In this document: piece by piece, positions 10,499 through 22,369 of the stretch
Layout of the letters: each line of letters starts with the position of its first letter
Position numbering within the stretch: the first letter of the stretch is position 1
DNA from: Flavobacteriales bacterium
Lineage (GTDB): Bacteria > Bacteroidota > Bacteroidia > Flavobacteriales > UBA7312
Reading direction: 5' to 3'
Length of the DNA stretch: 64,000 bases
Assembly (NCBI GenBank): GCA_965661345.1
Contig: CBFIDK010000001.1
Location: 3,896 to 67,895, forward strand
Notes under the pieces: model-generated
The model's input: only the letters and a program-made list of their open reading frames with translations
What the model was told of the DNA's origin: nothing
The model's database searches: none
Translations under genes and position numbers: made by a program

Positions 10499-11470
10499 AT
10501 GAAAAATTCTTTGTCAGTAGTTGTTCTAGTATTTGTTGTATTATTCACTTTTAACTCATGTGATAAAGAGACTGAAGTAATTGTGATACCTTCAACAATT
10601 AACCCTACTCCAGTAAGTGAACTCACTAAGTTTTTTGAAGACAATTTAGAAGACGCTACACAAACGATAAACATAAACCCCTCTTCCACTCAAACATTTA
10701 CAAGTAACAAAGGCATTGTCTATTCGTTTGAGTCTACGACTTTTACAAATTCTGCAGGTGTTGCGGTTAGTGGAAATATTACCATTGAATTGATTGAAGC
10801 ATTGACAAAAAAGGAGATGATGCTGATAAATAAACCAACATTTACGCATAGTGGTGAACTTTTAGTTTCAGGAGGAGTTGTGTATTTAAACGCTACTCAA
10901 AATGGACAACAACTTAGCATTAATGACAACAATCCAATAACAGTAAATATACCTACCGATAATTATATTCCTATGGATTTCTTTGACGGAAGTTTTGATA
11001 GCCAAGGCGGATTCGGTTGGGATGAAAGTGAAGACGATACGGTCATCACCAACACTGCTGGAAACGACACAACTGAGCAAGGCTTTTGGTTTAGTTTCGA
11101 CTTTGAAATTGACTCAATAGGCTGGATAAACTGTGATTATTTTTACAACTCTAGCGATCCATTAACTCAAGTAGAGGTTATTTTACCAGATACCTTTAAT
11201 GGTGATAATTCAGCTGTTTTCATCTATTACGATGATATTAATTCTGTAGCTAGTCTTAATGATTATGATGCGGATGGAACATTTGATTTGGGAGCAAACT
11301 ATTCAACACCAATTGGAATGGATGTTAGCTTTGTAGTAATTTCAGAATCGAACGAAAGTTATTTTTACACCATTGTAAGTACAACCATAGTACAAGACCA
11401 CGTTCAAATTATTGCTTCATTAACAGAAGTTACAGAAGCTGAACTAGAGCTCATACTAAACGCTCTTTAA
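10499..11470 (+). CDS. Acidic lipoprotein of unknown function
   Basis: Lipobox FNS-C followed by DKETE; LVSGG and GWINCD motifs. Confidence 0.75.
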   Translation: MKNSLSVVVLVFVVLFTFNSCDKETEVIVIPSTINPTPVSELTKFFEDNLEDATQTININPSSTQTFTSNKGIVYSFESTTFTNSAGVAVSGNITIELIEALTKKEMMLINKPTFTHSGELLVSGGVVYLNATQNGQQLSINDNNPITVNIPTDNYIPMDFFDGSFDSQGGFGWDESEDDTVITNTAGNDTTEQGFWFSFDFEIDSIGWINCDYFYNSSDPLTQVEVILPDTFNGDNSAVFIYYDDINSVASLNDYDADGTFDLGANYSTPIGMDVSFVVISESNESYFYTIVSTTIVQDHVQIIASLTEVTEAELELILNAL

Positions 11471-12018
11471 AAAATCTTAGGATTATACTTTTCTGGATGT
11501 TTTGGATGAACATTTTTATAGATTTCCTCTATTTTGCTTAAATCGTTTTCCAATTCTCCTTTTGGTTTGAACATCATTTTTACACCGGCTTCTTTAGTAC
11601 GGTAATCTAAGAAAGCGATGGCTATTGGTATATTGGCTCCGACAGCAATATGGTAAAACCCTAGCTTCCAAGAATCTACTTTGGAACGGCTTCCTTCTGG
11701 AGCTATTCCTAACACTAATTCATCCCTAGTGCTGAATAAATCAACTGCAAAAGATACTAGGTTGTTGTGTTTGCTTCTGTCTACAGCTATGCCACCCATT
11801 TTTGTAAAAATCCAACCATAAGGAAATTTGAACAACTGACTTTTGCCTAAAAATTTGGCCTCAATGCCTAAAATATATCCAAAACATCTGCCAATTATGA
11901 AATCCCAATTGCTGGTATGAGGCGCTAAAATAATTACGTACTTTTTATCTGAAGGAATATCTCCAATGATTTTCCAACCTAGAAGCTTAAGAATTATTTG
12001 CGATATTGCTTTCTTCAT
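11467..12018 (-). CDS. PlsC-like acyltransferase
   Basis: PHTSNWD (HX4D) and PEGSR motifs. Confidence 0.88.
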   Translation of the reverse strand: MKKAISQIILKLLGWKIIGDIPSDKKYVIILAPHTSNWDFIIGRCFGYILGIEAKFLGKSQLFKFPYGWIFTKMGGIAVDRSKHNNLVSFAVDLFSTRDELVLGIAPEGSRSKVDSWKLGFYHIAVGANIPIAIAFLDYRTKEAGVKMMFKPKGELENDLSKIEEIYKNVHPKHPEKYNPKIF

Positions 12019-12027
12019 AAATGGTGT

Positions 12028-13440
12028 CTAACTAAAAAATTCTTCCTTAAAGTTTATCAAAAGTAATCTTTTTGTAGTTCTTGTCATGGCAGTGTATAAC
12101 CATCTGAAATACTCCCTGTTCAGCATTTCTGCAGTAAAATACCCTTGCTCAACAAAAACATTTTCCCATTGCCCTCCTTGAGATTTGTGGCATGTAATTG
12201 CATAAGCGAATTTCACTTGAAGAGCGTTAAAAAAAGGATTCAATTTTATTTCTTTATTGCGTTTTGCTTTTTGTGGAATATCGCTGTAATCCTTAGCAAC
12301 CTCATTGTATAATAATTTATACTCTTCATAAGTCATGGCAGGACTCTCAGAAGTGAGCGTATCTAGTAAAATGACACACTCAATATAATCCTCATCAGGA
12401 TAATCAACAAGTCTCGCCGAAATTCGAGCAAAACGGCAGTTGTAGAGTTCGTTGATTTCATAAATTCGCATTACTTCAATGGTGTCTCCGTTGGCAATAA
12501 AGCCAGCCTTACTTCCTTCAGGCAACCAGAAATAATTATTTCTCACTACCATTAGAAAATCACCGGTTGAAATTTCTTCTTCATGCCCTCTAATTCGTAA
12601 TCTAATTTGTTGGTTGTATAGATTTGCACGTTTGTTGGATCGGCAGATAACTACCGTTCCTTCTACACCAGATTTTGAATAGGCATCTTCTAATGAGTCT
12701 TGAATATCTGAGCCATTTTCTAAACGAATTACCTCATCATCACAGCTAATTTTTGGGTACGATGAGCCATTTTGAGAAATTGAATCTCTTAGGTCAGTAG
12801 CATTTTTCAATACTAATGACGATGACTTCTGACGAACAACTTGGGTTAACTCGGCACTATAAACATCTTTTCTGTATGTAACACCCAAAAGATTTTGGTC
12901 TAATGCTGGGCTAATATCTAAATGTACTGGGGGTAACTGTGCCGTATCACCTACAAAAATAAGCTTACACATTAAGCCAGAATACACATAATCTATCAAG
13001 TCATCCAATAACACTCTACCACTGAAACCTTTGTCATTAACATCAGGAATCATTGAGGCCTCGTCTACAATAAATATAGTATTGCTGTGCTTATTTTCCT
13101 GCAAAGCTACATAAGAGTTGCCTTGAGAATTTGTTCTAATCCAGTATATTTTTTTATGAATTGTAAATGCTGATTTTTTAGAATAACCAGAAAGTACTTT
13201 TGCCGCCCGTCCTGTTGGGGCCAAGAGCACCACTTTCTTACCCACTGACCATAAACTATTTATGAGTGAACTAATTAAAGTTGTTTTACCAGTACCCGCA
13301 TATCCTTTTAACAGAAATAAACTATTTGAATTGGATTCTTCTACAAACTCAGATAATTGAGAAACCACTTCAGCCTGCTGAGGAGTAAGCTCATGCTTAA
13401 AATTTTTGACCAGTAATTGCTGAAGTTTTTTTGTATTCAT
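12028..13440 (-). CDS. RecD-like SF1B ATP-dependent helicase
   Basis: GYAGTGKT, APTGRAA, VDEASM, GDTAQLPPV, YAITCHKSQG, YTAMTR. Confidence 0.9.
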   Translation of the reverse strand: MNTKKLQQLLVKNFKHELTPQQAEVVSQLSEFVEESNSNSLFLLKGYAGTGKTTLISSLINSLWSVGKKVVLLAPTGRAAKVLSGYSKKSAFTIHKKIYWIRTNSQGNSYVALQENKHSNTIFIVDEASMIPDVNDKGFSGRVLLDDLIDYVYSGLMCKLIFVGDTAQLPPVHLDISPALDQNLLGVTYRKDVYSAELTQVVRQKSSSLVLKNATDLRDSISQNGSSYPKISCDDEVIRLENGSDIQDSLEDAYSKSGVEGTVVICRSNKRANLYNQQIRLRIRGHEEEISTGDFLMVVRNNYFWLPEGSKAGFIANGDTIEVMRIYEINELYNCRFARISARLVDYPDEDYIECVILLDTLTSESPAMTYEEYKLLYNEVAKDYSDIPQKAKRNKEIKLNPFFNALQVKFAYAITCHKSQGGQWENVFVEQGYFTAEMLNREYFRWLYTAMTRTTKRLLLINFKEEFFS

Positions 13441-13459
13441 TACAGAATTGAAGTAGAGA

Positions 13460-13498
13460 CAAATTTACCAAAATATACTCAAAAAAATTGTAGATTTG
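13460..13498. promoter_or_regulatory. Divergent promoter pair: TAAATTTG (- strand, 13460-13467) and TAGATTTG (+ strand, 13491-13498)
   Basis: Both match TAnnTTTG and point to the helicase gene and the 13526 operon respectively. Confidence 0.6.
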
Positions 13499-13525
13499 CG
13501 TGTATTAACTTTTATTCGAAAAATC

Positions 13526-14143
13526 ATGAATCAAAAAGCAGTTCGACTTTTATTATGGCCAGTTATCATCATTTTAGCTTGGTTAGTTTACAGAAGCCCA
13601 ATTAGTTTAAAAGAATTTCAAGAAGTAGCAAATTTCAGAAAGTCTGCTGTTATTCAGGATTTAAAGGATATTAGAACTGCACAAATTGCATTCAAAGATA
13701 AATATAGAGTATACGCTGGAGATTTCAACACGCTTATAAGCTTTGTGAAAAACGATTCTTTAGCGGTTATAAAAGCGATTGGTGAAGTTCCAGATTCACT
13801 AACCGAAGATCAGGCTCTAAAAGCAGGAATCATCAGTAGAGACACTGTATTTGTTCCTGCATACGAAACCATATTTAATGACGACTATTTATCTACTAGA
13901 GATGATCGTTTTACATTCGACCTAGATCAGCTTCCTCTTGTACCTTTTTCTGAAAAATCCTTTTCCATTGAATCAGGAAACATTGAAAAAGGTAAAGTTG
14001 TGGTTCAAGTTTTTGAAGTTTCTACTGATTATGCAACTTTTCTTGATGGAATTGACGCATCAAACAAGGGTATTGATCTAGAAAAGATTATTCGTGTTGG
14101 CTCGATGTCTGAAGCTTCTATTAATGGAAACTGGGGTGAGTAA
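13526..14143 (+). CDS. Hypothetical protein with N-terminal membrane anchor
   Basis: ORF with ATG 13526 (MNQKAV); LKDIRTAQ...RVGSM...GNW; first gene of the DUF3822-rsmD-coaD run. Confidence 0.8.
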   Translation: MNQKAVRLLLWPVIIILAWLVYRSPISLKEFQEVANFRKSAVIQDLKDIRTAQIAFKDKYRVYAGDFNTLISFVKNDSLAVIKAIGEVPDSLTEDQALKAGIISRDTVFVPAYETIFNDDYLSTRDDRFTFDLDQLPLVPFSEKSFSIESGNIEKGKVVVQVFEVSTDYATFLDGIDASNKGIDLEKIIRVGSMSEASINGNWGE

Positions 14144-14963
14144 TCCAGCTTTTTCTTCGTTTGACTTTGAAGCATTAGAATTACATTCTTTACCCCAAGA
14201 TTGCCACTTATCGGTTCAAATTGGACTAAACGGTTTATCGTTCTGCATTAGAAATAAAGACGAAATACTGGGCATAGAATCCTATGAACAACCTCTCTCC
14301 CAAATCGAAGATGTCATTAAAGATAACGTATGGTTATCAAAAGATTACGCCTCTTCAAATATTAGCTTTACTACAAAAAAAAGCACTTTATTACCATCCG
14401 TCATTTTTTCCAGTGAGAATAAAAAAGAACTGTTAAGACTCAACCACAGAAAAATTGAAGAACTCGACATTCTTTCAGATAATATCTCTGTAATAGACAG
14501 CTATTGTATTTATGGAATATCTAAAGCTGAGCAAGATATCGTTTCGACCTATCTGCCTAACTCAACAGTTAAACACTTTTGTTCAAAGTACTTACCTCAT
14601 TTAATTTCAGAAAATAAAAATTTTGATGGTCAAAAAATGATTGTAAATGTCACTTACAATCAGATAGTTATGAGTGTTTTTGAGCATTCAAAATTAATTT
14701 ACTACAACGTATTTAATTACAAGAACGCTCACGACTGTATGTATTACATATTGTTTGCGTGCGAACAAGTCGAATTAAATCCAGAAAATATCGTGCTTGA
14801 ATTTATGGGTGATATTTCAAAAAACGATGACATTTTCAATCTTGCATACACCTATGTCAGAACAGTTGAATTTAGCCAACGACTAGTAGCCATAAGTCAA
14901 AATATTGAACAAATAAATTCACATAAATTTTATTCATTAATTCATCAGCATTTGTGCGAATAA
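14124..14963 (+). CDS. DUF3822 family protein
   Basis: LSVQIGLNGLSFCI and YYILF...EQ motifs, upstream of rsmD. Start uncertain (14124 or 14136). Confidence 0.75.
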   Translation: METGVSNPAFSSFDFEALELHSLPQDCHLSVQIGLNGLSFCIRNKDEILGIESYEQPLSQIEDVIKDNVWLSKDYASSNISFTTKKSTLLPSVIFSSENKKELLRLNHRKIEELDILSDNISVIDSYCIYGISKAEQDIVSTYLPNSTVKHFCSKYLPHLISENKNFDGQKMIVNVTYNQIVMSVFEHSKLIYYNVFNYKNAHDCMYYILFACEQVELNPENIVLEFMGDISKNDDIFNLAYTYVRTVEFSQRLVAISQNIEQINSHKFYSLIHQHLCE

Positions 14964-15490
14964 TTGGCGGAAAATATAAAGGTAAGTCTATTATTGCACC
15001 TAAAAATTTGCCAGTTAGACCAACAACTGACTTTGCAAAAGAAAGTCTGTTTAATATTCTAAATAATCAAATTGATTTTGAATCTATAGTTCTTCTTGAA
15101 CTGTTTGCTGGAACAGGTAACATAGGTTACGAATTTGCATCAAGAGGCAGTGAATCGATAACGTCAGTAGATTTGAATTTTAACTGCATTCGATTCATTA
15201 AAAAAACAAACAAAGAACTATCTCTTAAAAATACGGTCATTCGCTCTGATGCTTTCCGATATATAAAATCATGCAAAACACAATTCAATTTTATTTTTGC
15301 AGACCCACCATATGATTTAGAAAATATTGAAGAGATTCCTGCTCAAATTTTTCAAAATGGCCTCTTAGAAAAAAATGGAATACTTGTCATAGAGCACGAC
15401 AAAAGCACTGATTTTAGCACGTCACCATATTTTAAAAATGTTCGACAATATGGTCGAGTAATGTTTAGTTTTTTTAACTTTATCGCATGA
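14954..15490 (+). CDS. rsmD: 16S rRNA m2G966 methyltransferase
   Basis: MRIIGG, RPTTD, LFAGTG, DPPY. Confidence 0.93.
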   Translation: MRIIGGKYKGKSIIAPKNLPVRPTTDFAKESLFNILNNQIDFESIVLLELFAGTGNIGYEFASRGSESITSVDLNFNCIRFIKKTNKELSLKNTVIRSDAFRYIKSCKTQFNFIFADPPYDLENIEEIPAQIFQNGLLEKNGILVIEHDKSTDFSTSPYFKNVRQYGRVMFSFFNFIA

Positions 15491-15948
15491 GTAAAAAAAT
15501 TGCTGTTTTTCCAGGTTCTTTTTCACCTTTTACTAAAGGGCACGAATCCATTGTTTTGAGAGCTTTACCACTGTTCGATGAAATTATTATCAGCATTGGA
15601 ATTAATTCTGTTAAAAACGACTACTTTTCTATCGATGAAAGGGTTCAATGGATTACGAGTGTTTTTAAAGATTTTGATAATATCAAAGTTGAACGCTACG
15701 AAGGCTTAACAATCGATCATTGCTTGAAAATGGGTGCTCAGTATATACTCAGAGGCCTGAGAAACTCCCATGACTTTAAATATGAAAAAGGCATTGCTCA
15801 GATGAATCATTCAATGGAATCAGGAATTGAGACTATATTTATTATCACTGAACCTAAATACTCACACATCAGCTCAACAATAGTTAGAGATGTCATTAAA
15901 AATGGCGGGGATGTTAGTCAATTTATTCCAGAAGAAATCTCACTTTAA
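15487..15948 (+). CDS. coaD: Phosphopantetheine adenylyltransferase
   Basis: FPGSFSPFTKGH, RGLR, ISSTIVR. Confidence 0.95.
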   Translation: MSKKIAVFPGSFSPFTKGHESIVLRALPLFDEIIISIGINSVKNDYFSIDERVQWITSVFKDFDNIKVERYEGLTIDHCLKMGAQYILRGLRNSHDFKYEKGIAQMNHSMESGIETIFIITEPKYSHISSTIVRDVIKNGGDVSQFIPEEISL

Positions 15949-16539
15949 GCTTTTATAGCTTTCAAAAACTCGTTTGATATTTCCATAACTATTTTTTAGT
16001 AACGCTTCAATATCATCTTCATTTACCCATAGGACTTTATCTATCCCTTCTTCAACTTGAGGAGATAAATCGCTAATCTGTGATGACGTCATCAAATACC
16101 AATGTGTTTCTTTCAGAATTGACTGGCCATTATGCTCATAAGTATGATAGGTGTTTAGTAGTTTATTTTTAATCATCAGATCATTAAGCCCACATTCTTC
16201 CTGAACTTCTCTTTTTGCACAAACATCAATTTTCTCTCCAGTTTCTAATTTCCCTTTGGGCAAGTCCCACTTGCCATTTCTGTGAATCATTAAAAAAAGT
16301 GATTTGTTGGTTACTAATCCACCGGCTGCCATAATGAATACGTAGTTTAACTTGAAACTTGACCAAATTGCTTCAAAATTTTCAGCATAGACACAAAATT
16401 TCAAGGACTTTTTATCGTTTGAAAAATCAAACAGTTGAGACCAAGAGAACGACTCATCAAAATGAAATGAAAAATTCGCCTCTTTTTCTTGATAATTAGA
16501 TATCAGCAGAGAGTGATGATTTATAAAAACTTCATACAT
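15940..16539 (-). CDS. NUDIX hydrolase
   Basis: WDLPKGKLETGE...AKREVQEECG Nudix box. Start placed at MYEVFIN (16539) to avoid overlapping pyrE. Confidence 0.88.
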   Translation of the reverse strand: MYEVFINHHSLLISNYQEKEANFSFHFDESFSWSQLFDFSNDKKSLKFCVYAENFEAIWSSFKLNYVFIMAAGGLVTNKSLFLMIHRNGKWDLPKGKLETGEKIDVCAKREVQEECGLNDLMIKNKLLNTYHTYEHNGQSILKETHWYLMTSSQISDLSPQVEEGIDKVLWVNEDDIEALLKNSYGNIKRVFESYKSLK

Positions 16540-16546
16540 TAGCACA

Positions 16547-17188
16547 ATGATTTTTGATACAGAAACCGCCAAGCAAGTTGCAAAATCCTTATTGCAAATC
16601 AAAGCTATAATTTTAAGTCCAAGCGACCCTTTCACATGGGCTTCTGGATGGAAATCACCAATATATTGCGATAATAGAATTACGCTTTCTCACACGGAAG
16701 TCAGGACTTTCATTAGACAACATCTTGTTGAAGGCGTACTTGCTAGGTATGGCAAACCCGATGTAATCGCTGGTGTAGCAACAGGGGCAATCGCACACGG
16801 AGTCCTTGTAGCACAAGAATTAGGCGTGCCATTTGTTTATGTCAGAGCTTCCGCCAAAGAACATGGCAGACAAAACCTCATTGAAGGTAAGATTGAAAGC
16901 GGACAATCGGTTGTAGTTATCGAAGATCTAATTAGCAGTGGCAAAAGCAGTCTTGCTGCCGTAAAAGCCTTGGAAGATGGTGGTTTTAAAGTAAATGGAA
17001 TGGGTGCTATTTTTAGCTATGGATTCCAAGAGGCTGAGCAAAACTTTAAAAATGCTAATTGTGAATTATTCACATTAGGTAATTACGAAACACTTATACA
17101 TCAAGCGTTAGAAACCAAATACATTTCTAATGATGAAGTTGAACTTTTAAAAGAATGGCGAGAAAGCCCTTCTACTTGGAAAAAATAA
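16547..17188 (+). CDS. pyrE: Orotate phosphoribosyltransferase
   Basis: FTWASGWKSPIYCDNR; PRPP-binding VVIEDLISSG. Confidence 0.96.
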   Translation: MIFDTETAKQVAKSLLQIKAIILSPSDPFTWASGWKSPIYCDNRITLSHTEVRTFIRQHLVEGVLARYGKPDVIAGVATGAIAHGVLVAQELGVPFVYVRASAKEHGRQNLIEGKIESGQSVVVIEDLISSGKSSLAAVKALEDGGFKVNGMGAIFSYGFQEAEQNFKNANCELFTLGNYETLIHQALETKYISNDEVELLKEWRESPSTWKK

Positions 17189-17587
17189 ATGAGCGATATT
17201 AAAAGTCAAACGGTTGTAATTGATAAATCTGAAGAAAACATCTTCAATTTTATTAGTGATTTCACAAATTTTAGCCAGCTATTCCCTCCCCAAGTAAACG
17301 ATTTAAAAATCACTAAAGACACTTGTTCCTTTTCCATTGACGGCATGCCAAATGTTAGTCTAAGAATTACCGAACGAACACCTTTTAGTTGTGTGGTAAT
17401 GAGTGCCGAAGACGGCAAACTTCCCTTTGAATTAAAATGTTGTTTGGAAAAAGTAAGTGAAGATAAATGTCAAGCTCAGTTTCATTTTACTGCAGAGTTG
17501 AACATGATGATGAAAATGATGGTAGAAAAACCATTAACTAACTTCTTGAATTTATTAGCCGAAAAACTAAGAGAAATTAAATCTTAA
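17189..17587 (+). CDS. SRPBCC/START-like family protein
   Basis: IFNFISDFTNFSQLFP...MMKMMVEKPL pattern; abuts pyrE. Confidence 0.7.
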   Translation: MSDIKSQTVVIDKSEENIFNFISDFTNFSQLFPPQVNDLKITKDTCSFSIDGMPNVSLRITERTPFSCVVMSAEDGKLPFELKCCLEKVSEDKCQAQFHFTAELNMMMKMMVEKPLTNFLNLLAEKLREIKS

Positions 17588-18304
17588 TTCTCCCATTGAG
17601 TACGCCTTTTCCTGCCCCTCTTCTACCAAAACCAATCGCCCTAGATTATCGACCTCTTTTACAACAGCAGTAAATGGATTGCCATTTTTAGAAAAGTTAA
17701 CGCTAGAATCTTTTTTGTACAACAAAGAATTATATAATTCTTGAATCTGTTTTTTATCACTTCTAAACAACAAATAGTACTTTTCGAGCTCATGGCATAA
17801 GGTTGGAAGAAGAACTTTGATATCGATTTCATTTTTGAAAACCTCTTTTAATGAAATAGCATTCTCTATGTCAGAACAGTTGTTGTTAGCATTTATACCT
17901 ATGCCGACAATACTCTTTTGCAGCTTTTTGTCTCTCACAGAATTTTCAATAAGAACACCTGCGATTTTTTTATCATTCACCAAAATATCATTTGGCCATT
18001 TGATAAAAGATTTAACCCCCAAGATATTGAATGAAGAAACTAATGCTAAAGCAATGCATTTATTAAACGTAAATTGATAAGACAACTCTATTTTTGGATA
18101 GAAAAGTACACTTACACAAAAAGACTTCTCTCCTTCTGATATCCATACATTATCTCTTTGTCCTCTACCCTTAATTTGACGCTTAGCATATACCACAGTG
18201 CCTTCGACTAATTTTTCTGTATTTGACGAATCCAACAAGAAAGTATTAGTCGAATCGACCGACTCAAGAGTGATAAGATTTTGTCCTACAAACAAGGTAT
18301 TCAT
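17567..18304 (-). CDS. birA: Biotin-protein ligase (no HTH domain)
   Basis: DSTN, QIKGRGQ, IKWPND, KIAGVLIE, GIGIN. Confidence 0.93.
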   Translation of the reverse strand: MNTLFVGQNLITLESVDSTNTFLLDSSNTEKLVEGTVVYAKRQIKGRGQRDNVWISEGEKSFCVSVLFYPKIELSYQFTFNKCIALALVSSFNILGVKSFIKWPNDILVNDKKIAGVLIENSVRDKKLQKSIVGIGINANNNCSDIENAISLKEVFKNEIDIKVLLPTLCHELEKYYLLFRSDKKQIQELYNSLLYKKDSSVNFSKNGNPFTAVVKEVDNLGRLVLVEEGQEKAYSMGELRFNFS

Positions 18305-18331
18305 TAAAACAAATTAACGGATAAATTTCTG

Positions 18332-18339
18332 TATTTTTG
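18332..18339 (+). promoter_or_regulatory. -7 promoter element TATTTTTG upstream of rsfS-ftsH
   Basis: TAnnTTTG in the divergent intergenic region. Confidence 0.55.
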
Positions 18340-18376
18340 TACCCTAAAATTAACACTATATTTTTTAATCGCTTTA

Positions 18377-18754
18377 ATGGGTAAAAACAATAAATTAAAT
18401 ACTTCTGATATACTTGCAAATGCAATTGTTGAAGGAATGAAAAACCTCAAAGCAAAAGATATCGTGAGTTTAGATTTGAGAGACATTGAGTCAGCTGTAT
18501 GCGACTACTTTGTAATATGTCATGGAACCTCTAATACACACGCGTCAGCTATTGCAGATTCAATAATTGAGGAAACATTAAAAGATTTAAAAGAAAAGCC
18601 TTGGCAAAAAGAAGGATTAACAAATGGAGACTGGGTGTTACTAGATTATGGTAATGTGGTAGTACATGTTTTCCAAAAAGAAACTAGAGAATACTATAAT
18701 ATTGAAAAATTATGGGGAGATGCTAAAATCCAACTCTTCAAAGAATCTGCTTAA
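18377..18754 (+). CDS. rsfS: Ribosome silencing factor
   Basis: DYFVIC, WVLLDYGNVVVHVF, REYYNIEKLW. Confidence 0.95.
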   Translation: MGKNNKLNTSDILANAIVEGMKNLKAKDIVSLDLRDIESAVCDYFVICHGTSNTHASAIADSIIEETLKDLKEKPWQKEGLTNGDWVLLDYGNVVVHVFQKETREYYNIEKLWGDAKIQLFKESA

Positions 18755-18756
18755 AA

Positions 18757-20706
<1,950 letters not shown>

Positions 20707-20861
20707 ACCCTATCAATTAGAATTGACACAAGGTTTATTGTTAGAACATGAGATTCAATCTGTAATAATCAATAAAATTGACTCTTCTTACCTTCAATTT
20801 GGCGAAGCTGAACTAAAAGTAAAAGAATCTGATTTCAAAGTGGCAAAAGAAATTATAGAAA

Positions 20862-21683
20862 ATGTCCAAGAATAAACTAAAGACAAGAACCATAACCGGA
20901 TTATTGTACGGCATTGTATTTATTTCCAGTCTTATTTTAGGAGAGCTTAGCAGTTCTTTGTTTTTTCTTACAGTAATGTTAATCGGAGTAAAAGAGTTTT
21001 ATTCCTTAGTCAAAGACGAAAAAACCAATCCCAACGTATACTTGGGAATGCTCATTTCATTAGGCATATTCGTCACCTCATTTTTATACTTCAAAAGTTT
21101 CGAATTAACTAAAATTAGCTTCGCAATAACAAGCTTTCTTGTCCTAGTCGTTTTCATCAATGAACTGTTTCGAAAAGAATATTCAAGCTATCACAATATT
21201 GGAATTACCCTTATGGGTGTAATTTATGTGTCAATCCCGATGTCATTAACCTTTTTCTTGAGCTATAACGATGCAAAACAATACGAATACATGCTTTTAC
21301 TAAGTGTATTTATTTTGATTTGGATGAGCGATATCGGCGGTTATTTTGCAGGAGTCAATTTTGGAAAGCACAAATTATTAGAGCGCATTTCACCAAAAAA
21401 AAGCTGGGAAGGGGTCATAGGAGGATTTATTCTATGCGTGATTAGTTCAGTAATCATATCACGCTTTGTGACAAGTCTAGACCTTTTAGAATGGGTAGGC
21501 TTAGGAGTAATAATTTGCATCTCATCAGTCATTGGTGATTTAATTGAATCAATGATAAAACGAACTGCAAATGTTAAAGATAGCGGAACAATTTTGCCTG
21601 GACACGGCGGAATACTTGACCGTTTTGATAGTGCTTTACTAGTAATACCAGTAGTTTATATATATACAATTTTAATTTCATAA
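20862..21683 (+). CDS. cdsA: Phosphatidate cytidylyltransferase
   Basis: ISPKKSWEG, GDLIES, KDSG..LPGHGGILDRFDS. Confidence 0.95.
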   Translation: MSKNKLKTRTITGLLYGIVFISSLILGELSSSLFFLTVMLIGVKEFYSLVKDEKTNPNVYLGMLISLGIFVTSFLYFKSFELTKISFAITSFLVLVVFINELFRKEYSSYHNIGITLMGVIYVSIPMSLTFFLSYNDAKQYEYMLLLSVFILIWMSDIGGYFAGVNFGKHKLLERISPKKSWEGVIGGFILCVISSVIISRFVTSLDLLEWVGLGVIICISSVIGDLIESMIKRTANVKDSGTILPGHGGILDRFDSALLVIPVVYIYTILIS

Positions 21684-21685
21684 AC

Positions 21686-22330
21686 ATGATACACAAAGAA
21701 GGTTACAGAATAATTGCAACAACAATTATTTTATTATTTATCATTAATTATCTAATAAGTTTATCGGAAATATATTGGCTAAATACACTCATTCAAATAG
21801 CCTCTGTAGTAGTGCTAATATTAGTAGTGCAATTTTTCAGAAACCCTACAAGAGTAGTGACTGCAAAAGAAAATGAAGTTGTTGCCCCTGCTGACGGAAA
21901 AATTGTGGTAATAGAGGAAGTGGAAGAGCCAGAATTTTTTAAAGATAAGAGAATACAAGTCTCTATTTTCATGTCCCCTGTAAACGTGCACGTCAACCGA
22001 TATCCTATAAACGGCACGGTAAAATATTCAAAATACCACCCAGGCAAATATCTAGTTGCTTGGCATCCAAAATCATCCACATTAAATGAGCGAACAACAG
22101 TAGTCGTTGAAAATGATAAAATAGCCCTTCTATTCCGTCAAATTGCTGGTGCGGTAGCAAGAAGAATAGTACTATATGCTAAAAAGGATGCTATTGCTAA
22201 GAAAGGTGAAGATTATGGGTTTATAAAGTTTGGCTCAAGAGTCGATGTATTTTTCCCACTTGGAACTAAAATAAATGTTGAAATGAATCAGGTAGTAAAA
22301 GGAAACAAAACTGTGTTAGCTACTTATTGA
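21686..22330 (+). CDS. psd: Phosphatidylserine decarboxylase proenzyme
   Basis: FFRNP, APADG, HVNRYP, FGSRVD autocleavage motif. Confidence 0.93.
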   Translation: MIHKEGYRIIATTIILLFIINYLISLSEIYWLNTLIQIASVVVLILVVQFFRNPTRVVTAKENEVVAPADGKIVVIEEVEEPEFFKDKRIQVSIFMSPVNVHVNRYPINGTVKYSKYHPGKYLVAWHPKSSTLNERTTVVVENDKIALLFRQIAGAVARRIVLYAKKDAIAKKGEDYGFIKFGSRVDVFFPLGTKINVEMNQVVKGNKTVLATY

Positions 22331-22369
22331 TTTTTTTAGTAACTTCGAGGCAAATAAAACCATAAGCAA

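Noticed and set aside
16540-16635. N-terminal extension of the NUDIX ORF
   Set aside because: It would overlap pyrE antisense by 89 nt; MYEVFIN at 16539 is the more plausible start.
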